Virus genome (UHGV): UHGV-0210061
Source: a virus
DNA length: 34,719 bases
Reading direction: 5' to 3' (one strand)
Of this stretch, positions 7,871-17,245 are shown one piece after another. The notes under the pieces were generated by a model that saw only the letters and a program-made list of their open reading frames with translations, did not search any database and was not told the origin of the DNA. A program made the position numbers and the translations under genes. Within the stretch, counting starts at the first letter, position 1; every line of letters begins with the position of its first letter.

Positions 7871-7888
7871 TGTCACGGAACGCCCACA
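7871..7888. promoter_or_regulatory. Ogr-type late promoter dyad TGT-N12-ACA (extended GTTGT...ACAAC) in the D/FI divergent region
   Basis: TGTcacggaacgcccACA with 5-bp extended arms. Centre sits about 55 nt upstream of a predicted FI transcript start (GATTAT -10-like at 7923-7928). Being palindromic, it could also serve D on the other strand. Confidence 0.6.
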
Positions 7889-7963
7889 ACCACCGCCACG
7901 AGACGACACCATGTATTTCAGGGATTATCACCCCGAACTCACTAAACATGATGGCGGTAGAGT

Positions 7964-9145
7964 ATGACCGACAACTTTTTCCACGGGGCGCGCACCAAAG
8001 AAAACACCGACCTACAGACCGTAATCAACGATGTTGATTCAACGGTCATTGGCCTGGTGGCGGTTGCTGAGGATGCCGATCCCGAAACTTTTCCACTTGA
8101 TACACCAGTGCTGATTACGCGAGTGATCAGCGTGCTGGGTAAGGCCGGCAAAACCGGCTCCCTGTACAAATCACTCAAGGCTATTTCCGACCAGGTCAGC
8201 ACCCGCGTGATCGTCGTGCGTGTCGCTGAAGCTAAGACCGAGGAAGGCGCACAGACACAGTCTCAGCTCATCATTGGCGGAACGAAGGCAGACGGCAGCT
8301 ATACCGGCATGTTTGCCCTGCTGACGGCAGAGCAAAAAACCGGTTATCGCCCGCGCATCCTCGGCGTACCAATGTATGACACGCAGGAGGTCACCGCGCA
8401 GTTACGCGTGATTGCAAAGCAGCTCCGGGCGTTCTCTTACAGCTACTGCGATGGCTGCGAAACGATCACCGAAGCGAAAGCTTATCGTGAACAATTTGCA
8501 GAGCGCGAAGGCATGCTGATCTGGCCGAACTTCATCGCCTATAACTCACTGACCGGCGCCAATGAAGAATTTCCCGCCGTGGCTTATGCATTAGGTTTGC
8601 GAGCACTGATCGATAACGAGCAGGGCTGGCATAAATCGCTATCTAACGTGGCGGTTAAAAACGTGCTGGGGATTACCAAAGACGTATTCTGGGCGCTACA
8701 GGCGGAAGACTCCGACGCCAACGAGCTGAACGCCAACGAAATCACCACGCTGATTAAGCGTGACGGCTTCCGCTTCTGGGGCAACCGCACCACAGACACC
8801 GAAGAATATATTTTCGAGGTGTACACCCGTACCGCCCAGATTCTGGCTGACAGTATCGCCGAGGCGCAATTTACCACCGTTGACAGCCCGCTCACCCCGG
8901 CGAACGTGAAAGACGTGGTAAGCGGTATTAACGCCAAACTTCAGGCGCTCGTCACGGCTGGCAAGCTGATTGGTGCGGCGTGCTGGTTTGATATCGTCGA
9001 TAACCCAACCACTGGCCTGCGCCAGGGTAAGGCTGTCGTGCGCTACAACTACAGCCCGGTACCGCCGCTGGAAGATTTAACGCTGATCCAGACTTTCACC
9101 GATCAGTATTACGAACCGGCTTTTGCATCGCTGGGAGGTGCGTAA
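7964..9145 (+). CDS. FI: contractile tail sheath protein FI
   Basis: 393 aa versus P2 FI 396 aa. Synteny with FII, E, T, U. Confidence 0.9.
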   Translation: MTDNFFHGARTKENTDLQTVINDVDSTVIGLVAVAEDADPETFPLDTPVLITRVISVLGKAGKTGSLYKSLKAISDQVSTRVIVVRVAEAKTEEGAQTQSQLIIGGTKADGSYTGMFALLTAEQKTGYRPRILGVPMYDTQEVTAQLRVIAKQLRAFSYSYCDGCETITEAKAYREQFAEREGMLIWPNFIAYNSLTGANEEFPAVAYALGLRALIDNEQGWHKSLSNVAVKNVLGITKDVFWALQAEDSDANELNANEITTLIKRDGFRFWGNRTTDTEEYIFEVYTRTAQILADSIAEAQFTTVDSPLTPANVKDVVSGINAKLQALVTAGKLIGAACWFDIVDNPTTGLRQGKAVVRYNYSPVPPLEDLTLIQTFTDQYYEPAFASLGGA

Positions 9146-9661
9146 ATGGCTATTCCTAAAAAATTGCGGCTGTTTACCCTCTTTGTGGACGGGGAAAACT
9201 ATATCGGGAAAGTGCCGAGCGTCACGCTCCCGAAACTCACCCGGAAAACAGAAGACTATCAGGGCGGCGGCATGCTTGGCGCGGCGGGTGTCGATCTCGG
9301 CCTGGAAGCCGGGGCGCTGGATGCATCAATGATTGTCGGCGGTGTAGTCGAAGAGCTGATCCTGAAATGGGGCGGCGATATTGACGAATTGCGCCTGCGC
9401 TTTGTGGGTGAGATTTACAGCGGCGGTACCAGCTCGCTGCTGGAAGTCGAAATGCGCGGCCGCATCACTGAAATTGATCAGGGTGAAGCAAAACAGGGTG
9501 ATGACACAAACCACACCTATGCGATCAAAAACACCTATTACAAAGAATCAGTAGACGATAAACCCTTGCTGGAAATCGACCTGCTGAACTTCATCTACAA
9601 ACGCAACGGTAAGAGCCTCTATCCAGATCGGATTGCCTCCGCGCTGGGCCTCGGCCAGTAA
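9146..9661 (+). CDS. FII: tail tube protein FII
   Basis: 171 aa versus P2 FII 172 aa. GGGAGGTG SD; starts 1 nt after the FI stop. Confidence 0.9.
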   Translation: MAIPKKLRLFTLFVDGENYIGKVPSVTLPKLTRKTEDYQGGGMLGAAGVDLGLEAGALDASMIVGGVVEELILKWGGDIDELRLRFVGEIYSGGTSSLLEVEMRGRITEIDQGEAKQGDDTNHTYAIKNTYYKESVDDKPLLEIDLLNFIYKRNGKSLYPDRIASALGLGQ

Positions 9662-9712
9662 CTTTTTAACCACTATCAATGGCGGCCAGACCGGCCGCCC
9701 GGAGAATTACCA

Positions 9713-10012
9713 ATGTCTGTTACTTTAAGCAAGCCTATCAAACGCGGTGATCAGGAAATTAAAACCATCATTATCACCGACACTATTAAGCAGGCTGGCT
9801 CGCTGCGCGGCCTAAAACTGGTTGATGTGCTCAACTTCGACTATGACGCCGTTTCCACGCTGCTGACGCGCACAACCAGCCCGCAACTGACAGCTGTCGA
9901 GATTGCCACGATGGCGACCGGCGACTTTACTGCGCTGTGTGAAGAGATCACGCCTTTTTTGACGAAAGCGGAGCCGTCCGCAGTCACCGAAGCGGCGACG
10001 GCGAGCAAGTAA
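9713..10012 (+). CDS. E: tail assembly chaperone E (0-frame product)
   Basis: 99 aa. GGAG SD. Contains slippery TTTTTTG near the 3' end. Confidence 0.8.
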   Translation: MSVTLSKPIKRGDQEIKTIIITDTIKQAGSLRGLKLVDVLNFDYDAVSTLLTRTTSPQLTAVEIATMATGDFTALCEEITPFLTKAEPSAVTEAATASK

Positions 10013-10185
10013 GAGAAGCAGTTATCTCCGATATCGACGACCTGATCGCCGATATCGCTGTTATTTTTCACTGGCCGCCCTCCGAGATGTACGGCATGGA
10101 GCTGCGCGAGCTGATAGCCTGGCGCGAACGGGCGGCTATCAGAAGCGGCAACCATGACAAGGAGGATGACGACGATGGATCTTAG
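9713..10185 (+). CDS. E': E+E' fusion by programmed -1 frameshift at T_TTT_TTG (9955-9961)
   Basis: The heptamer is in X_XXY_YYZ register with the E frame. The -1 frame continues for 74 codons (…HWPPSEMYGMELRELIAWRERAAIRSG…) to TAG at 10183-10185, overlapping the T start, as in P2 E/E' and lambda G/GT. Confidence 0.6.
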
Positions 10186-13105
10186 TATTCGCGTTGCGTT
10201 CAGCGCCATTGATAAACTCACCCGTCCGGTCAACGCCGCCAGTAAAGCTATTGGCGGCCTTTCTGACTCCCTCAAGAAAACGCAATCGTCGATCAAGGAT
10301 CTGGAGAAAAGCGCAGCGGCATTCGACAAGCTACGCTCGCAGGCCAATGAAACGGCGCAGAAACTAAAAACTACCCAACGAGCCTTTGACGGCCTCAACC
10401 AGAAACAACGCGAAGGCGGCCAGCTTACCGAAGCACAGGCGGCTCGTCTTGAATCTCTGCGCGGCAAACTCTCACGGCGGACGGATACCTATAACAAACA
10501 GACCACACAGCTGCGAACGGCTGCGCAGGCGGTACGCCAGCACGGCGTTAACCTCTCGTCCGGCAGCGGTGCTGTTCAGAGTGCGATCCGGCGCACCGAG
10601 CAATATAACCAGACGCTGGAACGTGAACGCCGTCAGCTGGCGGCCACAACGCGCGCCCAGGCAAGCTATGAACGTACCAAAGAAACCGCAGGGAAACTCC
10701 GTGGCGCTGGCATGGGGATGACACTCGGTGCAGCGGCTACAGGTTATGCGGCGGGGTCGTTCCTGGCGCCCGCAGTAGGTTTTGATGAGGAAATGTCGCG
10801 CGTACAAGCGTTAACCCGCCTCAACAAAAACTCATCCCAACTCGCCGACCTGCGCGCGCAGGCAAAAAAACTCGGTGCCGAAACGGCCTTTACTACCCGC
10901 GACGCCGCGAGCGGTCAGGCATTCCTCGCGATGGCCGGCTTCACCCCTGAAGCAATTCAGGCAGCCTTACCCGGCGTGCTTAACATGGCGCTGGCCGGTG
11001 GCATGGATCTTGGCGAAAGTGCCGACATCAGCTCTAACATCCTGTCGCAATTCCGTCTCGATCCAAAGGAAATGGATCGTGTCAGTGACGTGCTGACTGC
11101 CGCCTTTACCCGCACCAACACCGATTTAACCAATATCGGTGAAGCCATGAAATACGCGGGTACCGGCATGGCCGGTCTGGGCGTTGATGTTGAACGTACC
11201 ACCGCCATGATCGGCGTAATGGCGAACGTGGGACTCCGTGGCAGTATCGCTGGTACAGGTTTGCAAACGACGTTCTCCCGGCTTGCAGCGCCTACCACCA
11301 CAGCACGAGCGGCGCTGAAACAGCTAGGAGTTACCGTGGCTGACGCTACCGGCAAAATGCGACCGGCGGAAACAGTGCTCTCCGACATTTATAAATCCAT
11401 TAAAAAATATGGAGCCACGGATCAGCTTTCGTTCTTCAAAGATATCGCCGGTGAAGAAGCGGCAAAATCCTTTCAGGCTTTGGTTCGAGCGGCTGGAAGT
11501 GGTGAGTTGCAAAAACTTCTCGCCGATCTGCGTGGCTCTCAGGGTGAGGCGCTGAAGGCCGCAAGAGTGATGGCCGACAACCTCGGCGGCGACCTGAAGA
11601 ACCTCGACAGTGCGTGGGAAGGGTTCCGTATCCAAATCGAGGAAACCACCGACGGTCCACTTCGCAAGTTAACCCAAAACCTGAGCGACGTAATCACCGC
11701 GGCCAGCGAATGGGTTAAAGCTAATCCGCGCCTTGCGCAAAGCCTTCTGCTCATTGTTGGCGGCACCCTCGCGCTCACCGTCGCTATCGGCGGCCTTTCC
11801 CTTGCTGCTGGGATTCTGATTGGCCCACTGGCAAAACTGCGACTCGGTTTCGTGCTGCTTACAGGTGGGAGAGGGATTGCGGGGACAATCACCGCAATAC
11901 GAACACTTGGCACGGCTGCTGGCCCCGCAATGGCAACTATGCGCGGTTGGAGTGGCGTGCTGGCAGGTGTTGCCTCTGGCTTCGGGAGGGTGTCGGCGGT
12001 ACTGCCTGCTATCCGTGCTGGATTAATGGGGGCATTTCTGGCTCCTGGTGCGGCGCTGGCGTCTCTTGGTAAAAACCTTGCCATGCTGGTACTGCGGTTG
12101 ACTGGCCTCCCCGCTTTGTGGGGAGTGATTACCGGCGCGGTATCGGTGCTTGGCGGGGCCTTGTCTTTCCTCCTTAGCCCAATCGGTCTTATTGGGGCGG
12201 CGTTTGTCGCGGCCGGCCTTCTGATCTGGCGTTATTGGGAGCCTATCAAGGCATTTTTCGGGGGCTTCTTTACTGGCATCTGGCAGGCGCTGGCGCCACT
12301 TCGAAACGCATTATCACCACTGGTTCCGATCTTCTCTGCTATTGGTAACGGGATTAAATCGGCCTGGGAGTGGTTTAAAAACCTGCTCAGCCCGATGGAA
12401 GCCAGCAAAGAAACGCTGGATAAGTGCGCCTCTGCTGGGGAGACATTCGGACGGGTTATGGGAACGGCTCTCAGCGTTCTGCTGTGGCCGCTTCAGCAAC
12501 TCATGAATGGGGTGGACTGGCTGCTTAAGAAGTTGGATCTCATCCCTGATGGGATCGATAAGGCCAGGCAACAAGCGGATAAGGCGCAGCGCGAGCTAGA
12601 GGCCTCGGCGGCAGCACTGGCCGGACACCAACTCCCGCTAGGGAAAGCGGAAGTGTACAAACCAGCCGGCGATAAACCGCCTGTTATCACCGGTAATAAC
12701 GGCACGCTGCGGCGCCTGGATAATATCGCAAACAACACGAAGGCCACCGCCGATAACACGAAGGCGGCCAAAAGGATCGGGCCCGGCGACATTATCTTTA
12801 AAAACCTGCCGCGTGCGCTGGCCCTGCGCGGGGCTTATCGGGAAGCGCGAGTGATTCCGCAGTCTGTGCCGCGCGTATCAGCTGCGGCGGCCGGCGGCGT
12901 TCTGTCGGTACCAGCCGCCACGCCAGCGCCTGGTTCTGCGCCCGTTTCCGCGCCTGGCGGTGCTGCGCCGGTGTTCAATCTTAACTTCTACGAGGTCGGC
13001 CAGCACTCGCCCCGGGATCTGGAAAAAATGGTGCGCAACGCCGTGCGCGATGCAATGGCCAGCACCAACAGAAATAACCGTGGCTCGTTCCGCGACAGAG
13101 AATAG
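10175..13105 (+). CDS. T: tail tape measure protein T
   Basis: 976 aa from ATG 10175 (AAGGAGG SD 9 nt upstream); the tracker's upstream ATG at 10154 lacks an SD. N-terminal coiled-coil, central Gly/Ala-rich hydrophobic segments. Position after E/E'. Confidence 0.85.
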   Translation: MDLSIRVAFSAIDKLTRPVNAASKAIGGLSDSLKKTQSSIKDLEKSAAAFDKLRSQANETAQKLKTTQRAFDGLNQKQREGGQLTEAQAARLESLRGKLSRRTDTYNKQTTQLRTAAQAVRQHGVNLSSGSGAVQSAIRRTEQYNQTLERERRQLAATTRAQASYERTKETAGKLRGAGMGMTLGAAATGYAAGSFLAPAVGFDEEMSRVQALTRLNKNSSQLADLRAQAKKLGAETAFTTRDAASGQAFLAMAGFTPEAIQAALPGVLNMALAGGMDLGESADISSNILSQFRLDPKEMDRVSDVLTAAFTRTNTDLTNIGEAMKYAGTGMAGLGVDVERTTAMIGVMANVGLRGSIAGTGLQTTFSRLAAPTTTARAALKQLGVTVADATGKMRPAETVLSDIYKSIKKYGATDQLSFFKDIAGEEAAKSFQALVRAAGSGELQKLLADLRGSQGEALKAARVMADNLGGDLKNLDSAWEGFRIQIEETTDGPLRKLTQNLSDVITAASEWVKANPRLAQSLLLIVGGTLALTVAIGGLSLAAGILIGPLAKLRLGFVLLTGGRGIAGTITAIRTLGTAAGPAMATMRGWSGVLAGVASGFGRVSAVLPAIRAGLMGAFLAPGAALASLGKNLAMLVLRLTGLPALWGVITGAVSVLGGALSFLLSPIGLIGAAFVAAGLLIWRYWEPIKAFFGGFFTGIWQALAPLRNALSPLVPIFSAIGNGIKSAWEWFKNLLSPMEASKETLDKCASAGETFGRVMGTALSVLLWPLQQLMNGVDWLLKKLDLIPDGIDKARQQADKAQRELEASAAALAGHQLPLGKAEVYKPAGDKPPVITGNNGTLRRLDNIANNTKATADNTKAAKRIGPGDIIFKNLPRALALRGAYREARVIPQSVPRVSAAAAGGVLSVPAATPAPGSAPVSAPGGAAPVFNLNFYEVGQHSPRDLEKMVRNAVRDAMASTNRNNRGSFRDRE

Positions 13106-13114
13106 GTGGCAATT

Positions 13115-13603
13115 ATGATGATGGTTTTCGGGATGTTTGTTTTTACGCTGCGCACAGCCCCTTATCAGCAGCTCCAGCACGCGCAGGAATGGCGGCATGT
13201 TAAAAACGACCGGGTTAATCAGTCTGCCGGGTGGCAGTACATCGGGCCGGGTGAGGACAATATTACCCTGTCCGGGGTGCTCTTTCCGGAAATTACCGGC
13301 GGCAACCTGTCGCTTTCTGCGCTGGAGACGATCGGATTTTCAGGCCGCCCCTGGCCGCTGATTGAAGGGGATGGACGGATTTACGGGATGTACGTCATGA
13401 CGCGGCTGGAACGAGGAAATACAGAGTTCGATCAGTTCGGTGGCGCAAAAAAAATTGAATTTACGTTAAGCCTCAGCCGGGCGGACGCAGATTTTCGTGA
13501 GAAGCTGCAATCATCCTCCATCAGCGATGCCCTGGCAGACCTTCAGGCCAGCGCCACCAAAGCTATTAACGCAACAACTAACTCAGTTAATCGCCTGTTT
13601 TAA
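13115..13603 (+). CDS. U: tail protein U
   Basis: MMMVFGMFVFTLRTAPYQQLQH parallels the P2 U N-terminus. GGTGG SD. The preceding GTG at 13106 is read as part of the T stop context. Confidence 0.85.
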   Translation: MMMVFGMFVFTLRTAPYQQLQHAQEWRHVKNDRVNQSAGWQYIGPGEDNITLSGVLFPEITGGNLSLSALETIGFSGRPWPLIEGDGRIYGMYVMTRLERGNTEFDQFGGAKKIEFTLSLSRADADFREKLQSSSISDALADLQASATKAINATTNSVNRLF

Positions 13604-13613
13604 TCCAACAAAA

Positions 13614-13632
13614 AGCCCCTCATCGAGGGGCT
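13614..13632. terminator. bidirectional rho-independent terminator between convergent U (+) and tail-fibre (-) genes
   Basis: AGCCCCTC-atc-GAGGGGCT hairpin flanked by A5 upstream and T-rich sequence downstream. Confidence 0.65.
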
Positions 13633-13701
13633 TTGCTATACCGGCAAACATCACCACTTCTGACCGTGCTGCAGCTCCGTTATTTTTGACGATGCTCGAT
13701 A

Positions 13702-14865
13702 CTATGCAACCCTCGCCCAGCACATCAACAGGGTGTGTGCTTCCACCACGCTTAATGATTTACCTTCGCCGAGGTTGTCGGTTTTGCCGCTGGTCGTGTG
13801 TTTGTGGGGTGGTACCGTAACTTCGTGATCGTGCTCTCCGGCGTCATCTGTCACACCCAGCTCTTTCGGGTTAAAGAGCTGACGCACATCGCCGCCGATT
13901 TCCCAGGGATCATCTTTACCGGCCACACCACCATGATTGTGAATGCCGCCGCGCGTGGTTGTCAGCTTCTGCTCTGGCTGCTCACTGGTTTCTCCGCTTA
14001 CATCAATCTGCACGGCGGGAAGGTTAGCCTTCTGAAGCGTGACGGTATCGCCGCCGCCGGTCTGCCCGACGTCCGAACCATCAGCCTTGCCGACGCGAAT
14101 TGATTTATTTTCGCCGGTGTACACCCATTGCGACCAGGGCCAACGCTCATTCGGATCCAGATTCTGACTGAAAAATCGGGTGGTGCCGACCGGGTTATCC
14201 AGCTCCCAGGCGCTGCGCACCGCCGAAGCGATAGCCGCTTTGATGGCTTTTGGCGTAGCCGCCAGTTCTTCGCTGTCACTGTTAATGGCGTTACTCAGCC
14301 GGGTAAATCCTTTTTCTTCCAGCGTGGCATCCGGGTGATTTCGTGATTTCGCGTGCTCACACAACTGATTGTCAGTGTAATCACGGGTCTCACTGCCGAC
14401 CTTAATCACATCTTCAACGGTCGCCACGACGACGCCGGGGTCATTCAGTAACTGAACATCTGCCGTATTGGCAACAGCAAGCTGAATACGGATAACGCTG
14501 AATCGCCCGGAACCCTCAGCAAGCAACGGTTTATAGGTTTCCGGCATATTTGCCACGGCGAGACAAACACCGTCTTCGTCGTACAATGCCGCCTCACGCA
14601 TGGTAAATCCGCCGACCTGCGGGGGAATCAGCATTTCCGCTTCTATCACATTCGCGGCGGCATCGGTAATTTTCAGCCCGTTAAGCACCGAGCGATACAC
14701 CTCGCTGACCAGGCCGGATTGCTCCCGGTAAGGTACGGGGAGTTGTCCGTTACCGTCCCCTACGGCCATCAGTGCAAAACCGACCGGCTCGCCTGAGACT
14801 GCAGCATCGGCCAGTCTTTCCAGCCCGGCGGTGGTAATCAATGAGTAAAATTTTTTACCGGCCAC
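13702..14865 (-). CDS. tail fibre protein: gpH-like N-terminal domain with short HxH-motif C-terminal tip
   Basis: GTG start (GAAGGA SD). N-terminal ~230 aa parallels P2 H (MAGKKFYSLITTAG...; HPDATLEEKGFTRLSNAINSDSEELAATPKAIKAA vs P2 HPDASLTAKGFTQLSSATNSTSETLAATPKAVKAA). C-terminus has IHNHGG, EHDHEV, PHKHTT and ends ...WARVA, like the T4 gp37 / lambda Stf tip. Confidence 0.75.
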   Translation of the reverse strand: MAGKKFYSLITTAGLERLADAAVSGEPVGFALMAVGDGNGQLPVPYREQSGLVSEVYRSVLNGLKITDAAANVIEAEMLIPPQVGGFTMREAALYDEDGVCLAVANMPETYKPLLAEGSGRFSVIRIQLAVANTADVQLLNDPGVVVATVEDVIKVGSETRDYTDNQLCEHAKSRNHPDATLEEKGFTRLSNAINSDSEELAATPKAIKAAIASAVRSAWELDNPVGTTRFFSQNLDPNERWPWSQWVYTGENKSIRVGKADGSDVGQTGGGDTVTLQKANLPAVQIDVSGETSEQPEQKLTTTRGGIHNHGGVAGKDDPWEIGGDVRQLFNPKELGVTDDAGEHDHEVTVPPHKHTTSGKTDNLGEGKSLSVVEAHTLLMCWARVA

Positions 14866-14892
14866 AATTATTCCTTCTCTGGTGAGCGATGG

Positions 14893-15117
14893 TTAATCGG
14901 CATACAACCCCACACCATTGACGCACATGATGTAATATCCGCCGGGTTGCGGGTTGTATTTTTCAACAAATGCCGCCGTCACCGTAATCGGGTCGGTGAT
15001 TTCCTGCTCATCATCCGGGGTGATAACAGCAAATCCACCGTCATCAGCCGTAATTGATTTAATTCTGATGACATACGCAGGAATCAGCACATTGTCGTTT
15101 ATTACTTTCTCTCTCAT
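14893..15117 (-). CDS. hypothetical 74-aa protein translationally coupled to the tailspike gene (ATGA overlap)
   Basis: ATG at 15117 with GAGGTG SD; lies between the tailspike and fibre genes. Confidence 0.45.
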   Translation of the reverse strand: MREKVINDNVLIPAYVIRIKSITADDGGFAVITPDDEQEITDPITVTAAFVEKYNPQPGGYYIMCVNGVGLYAD

Positions 15118-17240
15118 CACAACACCTCAATTTCTACAACGTAGGGCATGTCTTCCGTGGCTGCCGGATTAGGGGGCAGGACAATCTGGATCCTGCGACC
15201 AGAATTGACCGCATAAGACACACTGTTATTAACCTGACCATTCGACAGGGTAAGCGTGGTACTACCGATGGTCGCGTGCTGTAAAAACGGATTATCGGCC
15301 AGTGAGGCTTTTGTCAGAAAACTACCCGTTTTGCCGGTGGTTTCCGTCAGTGCATTACCTGATTCCGTTGTCAGCGAGGCGGGTTGCTCTGAAAGGGGCT
15401 TAACAATACAGGGGAAATCCGTCCCTCTTACCTCAACATCCCACTCAGAGATTTGGGGCTGATACTTATCGACGTTAAAGCTGTGCAGCCGCACCCGCAG
15501 GCGCTGGCCCGGCAGTAAAGAACTCAGGGTATAGGTTTTACCTGAGATACGCTCTGCTGCGGTAAATGAGCCTTCGAAATTTAACCGCATCCCTTTGGCG
15601 CGGATAACTGGATAGGCTCTTTTCAGAGAGGCATCATTAGCGGTGGTCTCCTGCGTGTAAATGCAGGAGTTCCAGACCAGTTGCAGGAGGTGGATTTTTG
15701 CCTGCAACAGCTGACCCGAAAGGTTCGTGACTTCGCAGTCAAATCGCGCATTCGGCCCCCGGGCACGGATAATATGTAAAACTTCGGTAGTGGCCTCTGA
15801 CGCCATTCCGTACCCGTCCCAGATAAAGGTCATCTTACCGGTGACAACCCCGTAATCCATGATATCAACGCCGGTATGCCAGGATGACCGACTCATCCAG
15901 CCCCTGATAGTCAGCACGGCGCTGTACATTGAGCACCGACCTTTCTCGGTGCCGTCGCCAATGCGAATATAAGAACAGGGATTCGGCACCCCGGCATTCA
16001 TATCAATTTCGCCTGTCACTGCAAAAAACGAGTCTGTCGCCGCCGCCCCTTCTGAGGTATTACGATGCAGACGTAACCCCACGACAGAGCCGCGTATCAT
16101 AACGTTGTCAAACCTGGCTTTTTCAGTCCAGGCGGTATCGTTATAAAGCGAAATGGCACTACCATTTGTATTATTATCGTAACCACCGATAAATAAATCT
16201 TTAAATAAAGACCCCCACATATCTGATGCCTGGAATGCTACTGCCCCGGTATAAATGTTATTTCCGGTAAGAGTGTCATTTCTTCCGGTTACCCGAAGGC
16301 ATTCAAATCCGCACGCCACCCAAAAATCCTTTGAGCTGGCATGATTGCGCTTAATACGCATCAGAACACCATTCCCTTTATGATAAATCATCGGCCCGTT
16401 ATGTCCGACACCCAGCCCCCTAACGGTAAAATTCATTCCATCGGAGACATCAGCCACAAATCCGTTACTGCCGTCAGAGAGGGTGTCAGCAATGTAATAT
16501 TTTCCGGCGGGTAATTTTGCAACCAGCACATCCTCAATACAAAATGTGCGGGATGCGCGAAACATATTTCTCAGGCATTCAATATAATCGCCACCATGCA
16601 TCAGACCGAACATATCAGAACAGATAAGCCGTAAATCTTTGCGTCGCAACACCTGCCCGTGATTATTAATAATCTGACACCCGTCATCATCCACATAATT
16701 ATTATCATTGGTCAGGGAATGACAGTACCAGGTACCGCCGCCCATACCCTGCCCGGCAGTATGTTCTTTAAGAAAAATCTGTTTCCCGACCGCATCAAAT
16801 TTAATCATTCTCAGCCGGTTAATATCCGGGCATTGCCCCACCATCGCAAGACCGTCAACGGCATTGAGGTTGTCACGGATTGCGGCATCAGATGTATACG
16901 CCCAGGCCCCGGCACCGATACCGCCGGTATTGAAGGGCGTCGACGCCGCCGGAACGTCTTTAGGAAACCACCCCGTCCAGACAAGTCGATAATTCCCGTA
17001 CAGAATTTCATCGCGTGGAGAATTAAGCGTCGCCCCCTCATCAAAGGTTTTAACCGCTTCCACCTTTGATGAAATATCGGCATCAGTTTCATCAAATCTT
17101 TCTTTCAGATAACGCGTGCGGTTTGCCAGTTTCTTTAACGGGCGGTTAGCCACGCCATCCTGACCGCCCGATACGCGCTCAGTTCTGCCAATCAGTTCAA
17201 TGCCGTCTTCCCATAATGGAGATTCGTTAATATCGGCCAT
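15117..17240 (-). CDS. tailspike-like protein with conserved N-terminal anchor motif and predicted parallel beta-helix (putative polysaccharide depolymerase)
   Basis: 707 aa from ATG 17240 (AGGTG SD). N-terminus SPLWEDGIELIGRTERVSGGQDGVANRPLKKLANRTRYLK; long Gly/Asn-rich repetitive middle (…GGYDNNTNGSAISLYNDTAWTEKARFDNVMIRGSVVGLRLHRN…) typical of pectate-lyase-fold tailspikes. Occupies the slot between I and H. Confidence 0.65.
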   Translation of the reverse strand: MADINESPLWEDGIELIGRTERVSGGQDGVANRPLKKLANRTRYLKERFDETDADISSKVEAVKTFDEGATLNSPRDEILYGNYRLVWTGWFPKDVPAASTPFNTGGIGAGAWAYTSDAAIRDNLNAVDGLAMVGQCPDINRLRMIKFDAVGKQIFLKEHTAGQGMGGGTWYCHSLTNDNNYVDDDGCQIINNHGQVLRRKDLRLICSDMFGLMHGGDYIECLRNMFRASRTFCIEDVLVAKLPAGKYYIADTLSDGSNGFVADVSDGMNFTVRGLGVGHNGPMIYHKGNGVLMRIKRNHASSKDFWVACGFECLRVTGRNDTLTGNNIYTGAVAFQASDMWGSLFKDLFIGGYDNNTNGSAISLYNDTAWTEKARFDNVMIRGSVVGLRLHRNTSEGAAATDSFFAVTGEIDMNAGVPNPCSYIRIGDGTEKGRCSMYSAVLTIRGWMSRSSWHTGVDIMDYGVVTGKMTFIWDGYGMASEATTEVLHIIRARGPNARFDCEVTNLSGQLLQAKIHLLQLVWNSCIYTQETTANDASLKRAYPVIRAKGMRLNFEGSFTAAERISGKTYTLSSLLPGQRLRVRLHSFNVDKYQPQISEWDVEVRGTDFPCIVKPLSEQPASLTTESGNALTETTGKTGSFLTKASLADNPFLQHATIGSTTLTLSNGQVNNSVSYAVNSGRRIQIVLPPNPAATEDMPYVVEIEVL

Positions 17241-17245
17241 ATTTA

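Noticed and set aside
10386-12792. Multiple 60-200-aa ORFs on both strands inside the tape-measure gene (e.g. 10386-10721, 10472-10807, 11539-12084 and 12493-12792)
   Set aside because: Arg/Ala/Pro-rich translations of a GC-rich real gene in wrong frames; no starts with an SD; T is continuous and syntenic.
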